This document shows, piece after piece, positions 27,113 through 35,899 of a DNA stretch of 64,000 nucleotides. The notes beneath the pieces were generated by a model. That model saw only the letters and a program-made list of their open reading frames with translations. It did no database searches and was not told the origin of the DNA. Numbering within the stretch: position 1 is the first letter of the stretch; each line of letters starts with the position of its first letter. A program made the position numbers and the translations under genes. The DNA is from an uncultured Rhodobacterales bacterium (GTDB lineage: Bacteria; Pseudomonadota; Alphaproteobacteria; Rhodobacterales; Rhodobacteraceae), in assembly GCA_964580005.1 (NCBI GenBank), contig CAZOIZ010000002.1, positions 5,308 through 69,307 of the forward strand. The letters run 5' to 3'.

Positions 27113-28858
27113 TTAATACATTTCGTCCAAAGGAACAATACCTAGTATAGTAAGGCCATTCTTTATTACTATCTGAGTAGATTTAGCTAAAGCCAAACGT
27201 TTAATACACAGCTCTTTTGATCCCTCTAGTATGAACCTGTAGTGAGTAGACCCGCTTGAGGATTGGTATAAACTATGAAACGAGGAGGCAACCTCATTTA
27301 AATAAAAAGTAATTCTATGGGGTTCATGATACCTCGCAGACTGTCCAACCACATTAGGCCACTCTGAGAGTTTTTTTATTAAAGTTAGCTCACTTTCCAT
27401 AAAAGGAAGTACGTTTCCTTCTAAATCTCCTATCTTCGCTAACGGCCACATGCCTAATTCCTCTCCTCGTTTTAAAACGGAAACTATCCTGGCATGGGCA
27501 TAATTGACATAAAATACTGGGTTTTCTTTTGACTTAGACAGCATTAAATCAATATCGAAATCTAAGGGCACATCATTATTTCTGCTAAGCATAACAAACC
27601 TTATAACGTCAGCGCTTACCTCCTTTAAAAGATCTTGAATAAGTATATAATCGCCGGCTCTTTTTGACATCTTCAGGACTTTCTTATTCTTTATAAGCTT
27701 AACTAGCTGTACCAGCTTGACTTCAAATTCGACTTTTTTTTCGCTGAAAGCTTTTATTACAGCTTTTAAACGGCTTACGTATCCACTGTGGTCTGCTCCT
27801 AAAACATCGATCATCACGTCAAAGCCCCTTTTTAGTTTATCCGCGTGATACGCTAAGTCAGGAGCAAAGTAGGTCCATGATCCATCCGATTTTTTTATTG
27901 GTCTATCGATATCATCATCAAATTCAGTTGATTTAAATAATAACTGCTCTCGAGCCTGCCAATCAGTGTATGTCTTGCCTTTGGGCGCATCAATTATACC
28001 TTTATAAATTAATCCTTTATCTTTAAGGGTGCTAAGAGATGACTCTATTCCATTTGAATTAATCATTGCCTGCTCTGAGAAGAAATTATCCATCTCTATA
28101 TTCAAAGATTTCAGATCAGCCTTTATTATTTCCATCATGTAATCTATAGAAAGGCCCCGAATAATTTTATCCCGCTTACCCTCTTCAAGATTTTTAAGCG
28201 TGTTCCCATATTTTTCTATAAGCTTTTCAGCTATTGGTATTAGATAGTCTCCAGGATAGGATTCCTCGGGTAGCTCTATACATTCTCCTAACTTCTCTAG
28301 ATACCTGAAATATATGGTTCTAACTAAAATTCCAATTTGTGCGCCACCATCATTGACGTAATATTCCCGAGTAACTTTAAAACCTACAAACTCCAATAGT
28401 CGAGAGAGAACATCACCAAATACAGCCCCTCTTACGTGCCCAAGATGGAGAGGGCCTGTGGGGTTAGCAGATACAAACTCCAAGTTTACTTTTTTTCCGC
28501 TACCAAAGCTAGTCTGCCCATATTTATAAGTATTTGAAATAATTTCTACTAAAAGTCTATCCCAGAACTTAGAATTAATTTTAATATTTAGAAAACCTGG
28601 TCCATCGAGTGAAACGTTTTCTATAAGCTCTCCATCAGTTAACTTAAACATAATTATTTCCCCAAGATCTCTCGGGCTAGAGGAAATAGCCTTTCCAAGA
28701 ACCATAGCCGCATTTGTCGAATAATCTCCTTGGTTTTGTCTCTTAGGTCGCTCTACCACAATATTATTGATGTTAATAGGTTGTTTAAAATTCTTTTCCT
28801 CAACCAGCTCATTCACAATATTTAGGATCTTATCTCTTAAAATATTGACAATATCCAA
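27113..28858 (-). CDS. argS: arginine--tRNA ligase
   Basis: HIGH-type SANPTGPLHLGHVRGA and KMSKS-type KMSKRAG. TTG start is preceded by AAGGGAG with a 6-nt spacer. Confidence 0.95.
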   Translation of the reverse strand: MDIVNILRDKILNIVNELVEEKNFKQPININNIVVERPKRQNQGDYSTNAAMVLGKAISSSPRDLGEIIMFKLTDGELIENVSLDGPGFLNIKINSKFWDRLLVEIISNTYKYGQTSFGSGKKVNLEFVSANPTGPLHLGHVRGAVFGDVLSRLLEFVGFKVTREYYVNDGGAQIGILVRTIYFRYLEKLGECIELPEESYPGDYLIPIAEKLIEKYGNTLKNLEEGKRDKIIRGLSIDYMMEIIKADLKSLNIEMDNFFSEQAMINSNGIESSLSTLKDKGLIYKGIIDAPKGKTYTDWQAREQLLFKSTEFDDDIDRPIKKSDGSWTYFAPDLAYHADKLKRGFDVMIDVLGADHSGYVSRLKAVIKAFSEKKVEFEVKLVQLVKLIKNKKVLKMSKRAGDYILIQDLLKEVSADVIRFVMLSRNNDVPLDFDIDLMLSKSKENPVFYVNYAHARIVSVLKRGEELGMWPLAKIGDLEGNVLPFMESELTLIKKLSEWPNVVGQSARYHEPHRITFYLNEVASSFHSLYQSSSGSTHYRFILEGSKELCIKRLALAKSTQIVIKNGLTILGIVPLDEMY

Positions 28859-28877
28859 TTTTTGCTCCCTTAGATTT

Positions 28878-30029
28878 TCATTTACTTTTTATTCTGATTT
28901 TGTCGTACATCTCTAGTGCCTCTTTGTCGGTCATGCTAGCAATAAAATCCCCAACTAGATTTAATTTTCTTTGTCTCGTGGTTTTAAATCTTGAATAATA
29001 TTTATTTTCCAAAAATGATACAGGAATACTATCGAATCCATTGAAAAAGTATTTAAATAATGCGTCTACTACTTCCTCTGCCTGCCTCCTCATACAATTA
29101 ATCTCCTTGCTCCTGTATAGGTTTTTAAAGAGATATTTCTTTAATTCCACCACTTTTTTGCCTGTTTCAGGGGAAAAGTTAATTAGGTTTGACATATTTA
29201 TATTAGCTGTATTCTTTTGAAAATTTTTAATGTTCAAGCGTGAATGACAAATTAAATCGTTCACCAAATGTCTAATTAGTTTTCTACAACCATGAGCAAC
29301 TGAAAGCGAGGCTGAACCTCCAAACGGTTGATCTAAAACTAAAAGCTCACCAAAAAACGGGGAGCTCTTTAATTTCACAAACGATAAAATCCCCGCCTCA
29401 TACCCATCGGCAATATCATGTGCACAATAAGCAATATCATCAGATAGTGACGCAACTTGCGCCTCTAAAGAGGGGAATAGATTTAAATGTACTCTTTTCC
29501 GATCTCCCAAAGATATATTTTCATCCCAAAACACAGGAATTATTTTATTTTGATCGCTAATAGGTCCATTGTGCTTTACTATTCCATCTAGAGACTCAAA
29601 ACATAAGTTGAGTCCATAAAAATTGTAGTATTGCCGCTCTAATATGGTAACTACTTTAAGCGTTTGGAAATTGTGGTCGAAGCCTCCTATTTCCCGCATA
29701 AGACCATTCAATCTTTCCTCACCTGTATGGCCAAAGGGCGGATGGCCTAAGTCGTGAGCAAGAGCAACAGTCTCACAGAGATCAATATTTAACCCTAGCT
29801 CATTTGCAATAGTTCTAGCTATTTGACTCACTTCAATTGTATGTGTAAGTCGTGTTCTGAAAATATCATTCGTAGTAGAAAAAAAAACCTGAGACTTATT
29901 TTGTAATTTCCTAAAAGACTTAGAGTGGATAATTCTATCTCTGTCTCTCTGGAAAATAGATCTTATGGAACAAGGTTCTTCTTGATGCACTCTTCCTAAA
30001 GACTTTTTCGGATTAGCTGCTATATTCAA
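28878..30029 (-). CDS. dgt: dGTP triphosphohydrolase-like HD-domain protein
   Basis: RTRLTHTIEVSQIAR and LAHDLGHPPFGH. Confidence 0.85.
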   Translation of the reverse strand: MNIAANPKKSLGRVHQEEPCSIRSIFQRDRDRIIHSKSFRKLQNKSQVFFSTTNDIFRTRLTHTIEVSQIARTIANELGLNIDLCETVALAHDLGHPPFGHTGEERLNGLMREIGGFDHNFQTLKVVTILERQYYNFYGLNLCFESLDGIVKHNGPISDQNKIIPVFWDENISLGDRKRVHLNLFPSLEAQVASLSDDIAYCAHDIADGYEAGILSFVKLKSSPFFGELLVLDQPFGGSASLSVAHGCRKLIRHLVNDLICHSRLNIKNFQKNTANINMSNLINFSPETGKKVVELKKYLFKNLYRSKEINCMRRQAEEVVDALFKYFFNGFDSIPVSFLENKYYSRFKTTRQRKLNLVGDFIASMTDKEALEMYDKIRIKSK

Positions 30030-30043
30030 AAAATGCTCTCTGC

Positions 30044-30084
30044 TTGCCTATTCAACTAGACAAGTATATATTACGCTATAGCGT
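30044..30084 (+). promoter_or_regulatory. candidate erpA promoter (TTGCCT-N17-TATATT) followed directly by the 12-bp perfect palindrome ACGCTATAGCGT
   Basis: Read directly: -35-like 30044-30049, -10-like 30067-30072, palindrome 30073-30084, erpA GTG at 30106. Confidence 0.3.
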
Positions 30085-30105
30085 CAGATGTAAAGAAAGA
30101 AAAAA

Positions 30106-30444
30106 GTGAATATAAGAATACCTCCTACAGTGACAGACAGAGCGTTTGCAAAGATAGCATCTTCTTGTGATACCAAGATATTGAGAGTAGCTGTAAAGGG
30201 TGGTGGATGCTCTGGCTTTCAGTATGTTTTTAATATTGTTGCAAAAGTTAATGAAGATGATCAAGTTTTCGAAAAAGAGGACTGTAGAGTTGTTATAGAT
30301 AAAACTTCTTTACAGTTTTTAGAAGGCGCAGAAATCGATTATAGTGAAGAACTTATAGGATCAAGTTTCAAAATTAATAATCCTAACGCTACTTCATCAT
30401 GCGGATGTGGAACGAGTTTTTCCTTCTCACCTTCATTTGAATAG
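30106..30444 (+). CDS. erpA: A-type iron-sulfur cluster insertion protein (ErpA/IscA, HesB family)
   Basis: GGGCSGFQY and C-terminal SSCGCGTSF cluster ligands; GTG start. Confidence 0.85.
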   Translation: MNIRIPPTVTDRAFAKIASSCDTKILRVAVKGGGCSGFQYVFNIVAKVNEDDQVFEKEDCRVVIDKTSLQFLEGAEIDYSEELIGSSFKINNPNATSSCGCGTSFSFSPSFE

Positions 30445-30452
30445 ATGGGCAG

Positions 30453-31226
30453 ATGAAAATAGTCACCTTTAATGTTAATGGTGTGCGAGCAAGAATGGAT
30501 ACGCTAATAGAATGGCTTAAACGTACAGATCCTGAGGTGGTCGCCCTTCAAGAAATAAAAATTCAGGATATAGACTTTCCTAGGTCTGCATTTGAAAAAA
30601 TTGGCTATCACTGCTACCTCAACGGACAAAAATCATTTAACGGTGTTGCGATCCTCACGAAAGAGGAAGCCAAGCTATCCAGTAAGGTTTTGCCTGGTGA
30701 TAGTGACGACAAACAAGCACGCTTCATTGAAGTTTATTATAAAAAAAGAAGATTTATATGTATTTATCTACCAAATGGAAACCCAAAGGATACCGAAAAG
30801 TTTTCATATAAGTTGGGATGGATGGATAGATTGAATGAGTATTGCCGCCGAGCTCTTAAGGATGAAGAAGAGATTGTTGTTCTTGGAGATTTCAACGTAA
30901 TTCCTCAATATAATGATTGTAAGTACCCTGAACGTTGGACGGAAGACGCATTATTTTCTCATGACGTTAGAGCAAAATTCAATTACTTGCTTAATTTAGG
31001 ATACTTAGACGCGATAAGAATACTAGATGAGTCTGATTCAATATTTACTCAGTGGGATTACAGAGATCGAGCTTGGGAAGAAAATAATGGAGTAAGAATT
31101 GACCATATACTTTTAAGTCCAAATGCAGCTGATAAATTGGAAGATAGCTGGGTTGATACAACCTTGAGGGACCAAATCAAACCATCGGACCATGTTCCCG
31201 TTTGGGCTCTACTAAGTACAAAGTAA
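30453..31226 (+). CDS. xthA: exodeoxyribonuclease III
   Basis: KIVTFNVNGVRAR, LQEIK and SDHVPV motifs of the EEP nuclease family; 257 aa. Confidence 0.9.
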   Translation: MKIVTFNVNGVRARMDTLIEWLKRTDPEVVALQEIKIQDIDFPRSAFEKIGYHCYLNGQKSFNGVAILTKEEAKLSSKVLPGDSDDKQARFIEVYYKKRRFICIYLPNGNPKDTEKFSYKLGWMDRLNEYCRRALKDEEEIVVLGDFNVIPQYNDCKYPERWTEDALFSHDVRAKFNYLLNLGYLDAIRILDESDSIFTQWDYRDRAWEENNGVRIDHILLSPNAADKLEDSWVDTTLRDQIKPSDHVPVWALLSTK

Positions 31227-31227
31227 A

Positions 31228-32424
31228 TCAACCCTTGTAGCTATAAATCCAATCGAGCCTCTTGAAAAAAGACCTAGGCCCTAAACTTATCATACAGCGT
31301 AAAAAAAACAAAAAAACTGCTCTAAGTATTTTTTGCTCTAAATGATAAACCTTTTCATTGAGCCTAGAAAATTTGTCTAGTCTTTGTATTCGTTTTATTC
31401 TCTTTTCGGAGTATTTTTTTAAACTTTTATTGAGGTCTAATGGATAAGCCTTTATATGTTTTGCTAACTCCCAGCTATCCTCTAAGGCCTTGTTGGCTCC
31501 CTGAGAAAGATAGGGCAGCATACCGTGCGCTGCATCCCCAACCAAAACCACATTTTTTTTGTGAATTTCAGATGGTAGCCCACTCTCAATGATAGGCCAT
31601 CTATAGATTGTTTTAACGTTAGAGAGACAAATTCTAAGGCACTCATTTAACTCAAAATCCTTGAAGAATTGTTGCGTTTTTACCTTTTCCTTCCAATCAT
31701 TGACTAGATGACTCTTCTCTCTTTTACAGAAAACAAAATTAATCATATCATCATTACCAGTTGGATAAGTTACAAAATGTCTTCCCCTGCCAAAAAAAAG
31801 ATTGATGTTATTTTGTGAAAAAATGGATGGTAAGTTTTTTTTACTCAACAGAAATCTGTATGCTGCTTGTGAAATACTTCGAGCCTTGATTTCTGTAAAA
31901 AGTGTTTTTTTCCATTTAGAGCTTACTCCATCAGCAACAACAATTAAATCTTTTTTAATTTCCTCTCCCTTGTAAGAAATGGAAACATCTTTTTCATCAT
32001 GCGTAATTAGTGGAAGCGCTCTTGAGCCAAATTTAACCTTTATTTTTTCTGCTTTTACTTTTTGAAACAAGATTTTTATCAGAAGTGATCTATGTAGCGC
32101 GATGAAAGACCGGCCATAGCGATGCTTCAATCTGTTAAGTATTTCTAAACTACCAATAAGTTTAAAGTCGTCCTCGTCATACATACACAGATTATTTGGT
32201 TTCAAACCAGCTTGGACTACAATTTCACAAAGATCTAACTTTTCCAGAACGTGCAAACCATTGGAGGTGATCTGTATGCCTGCACCTTCGCTTTTAATCG
32301 ACCGATCTTTTTCAAAAACTGTAACTTCGTGGCCTAGCCTCCGCAAGAATAGAGCAGAGCATAGCCCAGAAACACCAGCTCCGATTATCGCTATCTTTAA
32401 TTTGCTAGGTTTACTAAGACCCAA
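31228..32424 (-). CDS. FAD-dependent aromatic-ring monooxygenase (UbiH/salicylate hydroxylase-like)
   Basis: IAIIGAGVSGL, VVADGVSSKW and LVGDAAHGMLPYLSQGANKALED. The longest ORF (to 32490) would overlap dksA by 53 nt. I placed the start at TTG 32424 (MGLSKPSKLKIAIIGAG); the start is uncertain. Confidence 0.75.
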   Translation of the reverse strand: MGLSKPSKLKIAIIGAGVSGLCSALFLRRLGHEVTVFEKDRSIKSEGAGIQITSNGLHVLEKLDLCEIVVQAGLKPNNLCMYDEDDFKLIGSLEILNRLKHRYGRSFIALHRSLLIKILFQKVKAEKIKVKFGSRALPLITHDEKDVSISYKGEEIKKDLIVVADGVSSKWKKTLFTEIKARSISQAAYRFLLSKKNLPSIFSQNNINLFFGRGRHFVTYPTGNDDMINFVFCKREKSHLVNDWKEKVKTQQFFKDFELNECLRICLSNVKTIYRWPIIESGLPSEIHKKNVVLVGDAAHGMLPYLSQGANKALEDSWELAKHIKAYPLDLNKSLKKYSEKRIKRIQRLDKFSRLNEKVYHLEQKILRAVFLFFLRCMISLGPRSFFKRLDWIYSYKG

Positions 32425-32437
32425 ACTTTCTTCTAGT

Positions 32438-32893
32438 CTAATCGTCCCTATGATCTCTTTCACGCCTCTCGTGCCGTTCTTGAGCTTCAACGCTTAATGT
32501 CGCTATTGGACGAGCATCTAATCTTTTCAGAGATATGGGTTCGCCGGTTTCCTCACAGTATCCATAAGACCCTTCATCTATTCTTCTTAATGCGGCGTCT
32601 ATTTTGGAAATAAGTTTCCTCTGCCTATCTCTAGTTCGTAACTCTAGTGCCCGATCAGTTTCTTCTGACGCCCTATCTGCTACATCTGGGATATTCCTAG
32701 ACTCTTCTTTCATTCCTTTGATAGTGTCTTTACTTTCCGACAATATAGACTTTTTCCAATCAAGCAGCTTACCTCTAAAATAGTCTGCTTGAGCTTCATT
32801 CATGAAAGGCTCGTCATCAGAAGGTCTATATCCCTCATTTAAAAATTCTTTTGACTTTATAAAATCTAAACCCATAATTCCCCCAAATAACAT
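32438..32893 (-). CDS. dksA: RNA polymerase-binding regulator DksA
   Basis: Coiled-coil acidic tip region and YGYCEETGEPISLKRLDARPIATLSVEAQERHE. ATG 32875, preceded by GGGGGA, is an alternative start. Confidence 0.85.
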   Translation of the reverse strand: MLFGGIMGLDFIKSKEFLNEGYRPSDDEPFMNEAQADYFRGKLLDWKKSILSESKDTIKGMKEESRNIPDVADRASEETDRALELRTRDRQRKLISKIDAALRRIDEGSYGYCEETGEPISLKRLDARPIATLSVEAQERHERRERDHRDD

Positions 32894-32991
32894 AGATTAG
32901 AAATTCAATATATATATTCGATAATACAAATTTTAACATTTGTCACTATAAGATTTTAAAAAATTTTTATTGGATTAGAAAGGATATTTTA

Positions 32992-33840
32992 ATGAAGTTT
33001 GAAGGTACATCAGAATATATCTCTACAGATGATTTAACTTTAGCTGTTAATGCATCAATAACTTTAGAACGACCTCTTTTGGTAAAAGGAGAACCAGGTA
33101 CAGGAAAAACAGAACTTGCTAGACAAATTGCTGAAAGTCTTTCGCTTCCAATAATTGAATGGAATATAAAGTCTACCACAAAAGCCCAACAAGGACTTTA
33201 CGAATACGATGCAGTGAGTAGATTACGGGATAGCCAACTTGGTGATGAAAGAGTCAAGAATATAAAAAATTATATTAAAAAGGGAAAGATCTGGGAAGCT
33301 TTCGAAACAGATGGTAAAGCCGTTCTTTTAATAGATGAAATAGACAAAGCAGATATTGAATTTCCTAATGACCTTCTCCAGGAATTAGACAAAATGGAGT
33401 TTTTTGTCTACGAAACTGGTGAAACAATACGAGCATCAAATCGACCCATTGTTATAATAACATCAAACAATGAAAAAGAATTACCGGACGCTTTTTTGCG
33501 AAGATGCTTCTTTCATTTCATTCAATTTCCTGAAAAAGAGGTTCTTGAAAAGATAGTTAATGTTCACTTTCCCAATGTTAAGAAAAATCTACTAGATGCA
33601 GCACTGAGTCAGTTTTTTGAAGTCAGAGAAGTTCCTGGTTTGAAAAAAAAACCTTCCACATCAGAGATGTTAGACTGGCTTAAACTCTTGTTAGTTGATG
33701 AACTTGATGCTGATGACCTCAAGATGGATGGAAAAAATATTTTACCAAAACTACACGGAGCGCTTCTAAAAAATGAACAAGACGTTCATCTTTTTGAAAG
33801 ACTTGCTTTTATGGCAAGAAGAAACAAAGAAAGTAATTAA
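32992..33840 (+). CDS. MoxR-class AAA+ ATPase (CoxD-like)
   Basis: Walker A GEPGTGKTELAR and Walker B VLLIDEIDKAD; 282 aa. Confidence 0.8.
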   Translation: MKFEGTSEYISTDDLTLAVNASITLERPLLVKGEPGTGKTELARQIAESLSLPIIEWNIKSTTKAQQGLYEYDAVSRLRDSQLGDERVKNIKNYIKKGKIWEAFETDGKAVLLIDEIDKADIEFPNDLLQELDKMEFFVYETGETIRASNRPIVIITSNNEKELPDAFLRRCFFHFIQFPEKEVLEKIVNVHFPNVKKNLLDAALSQFFEVREVPGLKKKPSTSEMLDWLKLLLVDELDADDLKMDGKNILPKLHGALLKNEQDVHLFERLAFMARRNKESN

Positions 33841-33845
33841 AAAGG

Positions 33846-33998
33846 ATGTTTTTAGCTTTAATGACCATATTTGGGCTGGTGATAGGAATCCTAATAAACC
33901 GCAAACGCAAAACATTGGATATCTTGCATAGATCCGCAGTACTATCTATAATATTTTTCGTATTAGGGATAGTAATTGCAATTATCTTTGGTAAGTAG
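33846..33998 (+). CDS. predicted 50-aa two-TM membrane peptide (below the ORF-track size cut-off)
   Basis: Hand translation gives MFLALMTIFGLVIGILINRKRKTLDILHRSAVLSIIFFVLGIVIAIIFGK. It fills an otherwise anomalous 170-nt co-directional gap, with the ATG 5 nt after the MoxR stop. The SD is weak. Confidence 0.5.
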   Translation: MFLALMTIFGLVIGILINRKRKTLDILHRSAVLSIIFFVLGIVIAIIFGK

Positions 33999-34010
33999 GA
34001 AAGGCTCAGT

Positions 34011-35192
34011 GTGTTTTTAAATCTTTTTAACGAAATGAAAAATGCCAAAGTTCCTGTTTCTCTCCGGGAATACTTAACTTTCCTAGAAGCGCTAACAGCG
34101 GGTGTTGCAATTTTTAACGTGAATGACTTTTATTATTTGGCCCGCAGTTCACTTGTGAAAGACGAAAGGCATATTGATAGATTTGATCAAGTCTTTTCGT
34201 ATGTATTTAAAGGGCTTGAAGCAATTGAAATAGAAGAAGTATTTAAAAAAATTCAAATCCCTGATGAATGGATAAAAAAGCTAGCTGAAAAAACTTTGTC
34301 TCAAGAGGAGATGGAAAAGATAAATAGTTTAGGTGGTTTTGAAAAACTAATGGAAACACTTAAAAAGCGCTTGGAGGAACAAAAGGATCGTCATCAGGGC
34401 GGAAACAAATGGATAGGTACAGCAGGCACATCACCGTTCGGAGCTTACGGATATAATCCTGAGGGAATACGGATTGGTCAACATGAAAGCAGGCACAAGC
34501 GTGCTGTTAAGGTCTGGGATAAAAGAGAATTTAAAAACTTTGATAGTGATATAGAGCTTGGGACTAGGGGGATGAAGATAGCACTCAAAAGATTGAGGAG
34601 ATGGGCAAGAGATGGTGCAGAGGAAGAACTGGATCTCGAGAACACAATTAGCTCCTCTGCTAAGAGTGGTTTTATTGATGTAAGAACCCGACCGGAACGA
34701 AGAAACTCCATAAAAGTAATAATATTTTTTGATGTTGGTGGATCTATGGATGCTTATATAAAACAAGTTGAGGAATTATTTTCAGCAGCTAGAACGGCAT
34801 TTAAGCATCTCGAATACTATTATTTTCATAATTGTCTCTACGAAGGAGTATGGAAAAATAATCATAGAAGATGGACTGAACAAACACCTACTACGGAAAT
34901 AATGAATACATATGGTAAAGACTATCGATGTATCTTTGTTGGAGATGCCTCAATGAGCCCATACGAAATAGAATATCCAGGAGGGGCTAATGAACATTAT
35001 AATGCTGAGTCAGGAAGAACATGGCTAGAAAGAGCCATAACGAAATGGCCAAACTATTTGTGGATAAATCCTACTAGCAAAGAACACTGGGAATATACCC
35101 ACTCAACTCATATTATAAAGGAAATATTTGAAGATAAAATGGTTCCTCTCACTCTAAATGGCTTGAAAGAGGGTATGAGACATCTGTCTTAA
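34011..35192 (+). CDS. VWA-domain protein (CoxE-like)
   Basis: 393 aa with a MIDAS-like IIFFDVGGSMD and an N-terminal LREYLTFLEAL...DRFDQVF pattern of CoxE-type proteins. GTG start. Confidence 0.7.
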   Translation: MFLNLFNEMKNAKVPVSLREYLTFLEALTAGVAIFNVNDFYYLARSSLVKDERHIDRFDQVFSYVFKGLEAIEIEEVFKKIQIPDEWIKKLAEKTLSQEEMEKINSLGGFEKLMETLKKRLEEQKDRHQGGNKWIGTAGTSPFGAYGYNPEGIRIGQHESRHKRAVKVWDKREFKNFDSDIELGTRGMKIALKRLRRWARDGAEEELDLENTISSSAKSGFIDVRTRPERRNSIKVIIFFDVGGSMDAYIKQVEELFSAARTAFKHLEYYYFHNCLYEGVWKNNHRRWTEQTPTTEIMNTYGKDYRCIFVGDASMSPYEIEYPGGANEHYNAESGRTWLERAITKWPNYLWINPTSKEHWEYTHSTHIIKEIFEDKMVPLTLNGLKEGMRHLS

Positions 35193-35197
35193 TCAAA

Positions 35198-35899
35198 ATG
35201 ATTACTAAGTTTCTTCCATTAGCTATCTTAATATCGGTTTTCTACATAGGATCTATTTATTCGTCCAGAAATTTAAGCAAGAAGCTTGAGAAGAAATCTC
35301 AAATTTTCCATGACCCTGTAATTGACAACTATTTGAAGGCATTTCAATCAATACTAGATCTAAGCAATTTAAAGGTTTTCATTCTGAATGAAAAACAAAT
35401 TAATGGTTTGGTGACACCCAATGGAAATATCTATATAACAAGGGGCTTTATCGACCAGTACAAGCTAGGCAAGGTATCAGGCGTTGAACTGACCTCAGTT
35501 ATTGCACACGAGCTAGGGCACTTAGCTCTTGGACATACAAAAAAACGTCTCATCACTTTTTCGGCAATAAGCGCGATCTCCATGGTGATTTCAACTATAC
35601 TGAGTAGGTTAATACCATACCTAGGATCAATAATTGGGAGATACCTATCTCAAGTCCTCATTTCTGGTCTTTCTAGAAAAGATGAATTTGAAGCAGACTC
35701 ATATGCAGCCGCTCTACTGATTAAATCTGGCATTGGTACAGCGCCACAAATTAGCTTACTAAAAAAACTAGAACAATTAACTGGCATAGTTTCATCTAAC
35801 ATTACTTGGACACTTAGTCATCCTTCTCCTGAGCAAAGAATAAAAGCAATTCAAAGCTTAGAAGCTTCATGGATGACAAACATCAAAGATCAAAATTAA
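35198..35899 (+). CDS. membrane-anchored M48-family zinc metalloprotease
   Basis: HExxH in VIAHELGHLALGH, a downstream EFEAD, and an N-terminal TM helix. Confidence 0.8.
   Translation: MITKFLPLAILISVFYIGSIYSSRNLSKKLEKKSQIFHDPVIDNYLKAFQSILDLSNLKVFILNEKQINGLVTPNGNIYITRGFIDQYKLGKVSGVELTSVIAHELGHLALGHTKKRLITFSAISAISMVISTILSRLIPYLGSIIGRYLSQVLISGLSRKDEFEADSYAAALLIKSGIGTAPQISLLKKLEQLTGIVSSNITWTLSHPSPEQRIKAIQSLEASWMTNIKDQN

Noticed and set aside
30076-30264. 62-aa minus-strand ORF overlapping the erpA start
   Set aside because: It is antisense to erpA, which has clear HesB/IscA motifs. It would also run across the promoter-like region and has no SD.
32438-32893. DksA retains only one of the four zinc-finger cysteines (CEET ... 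SVEA instead of CxxC ... CxxC)
   Set aside because: To my knowledge Cys-poor, zinc-independent DksA variants are common in alphaproteobacteria, so this is probably the clade norm rather than a novelty.
32895-32981. 9-nt direct repeat GATTAGAAA at both ends of the dksA/MoxR divergent spacer
   Set aside because: It is short and AT-rich. The second copy simply overlaps the MoxR SD (AGAAAGGA). There is no supporting symmetry or further copies seen.
33809-34048. 79-aa minus-strand ORF spanning the MoxR-VWA gap
   Set aside because: It overlaps the 3' end of the MoxR gene and the 5' end of the VWA gene on the opposite strand. The plus-strand 50-aa two-TM frame fits the operon orientation better.
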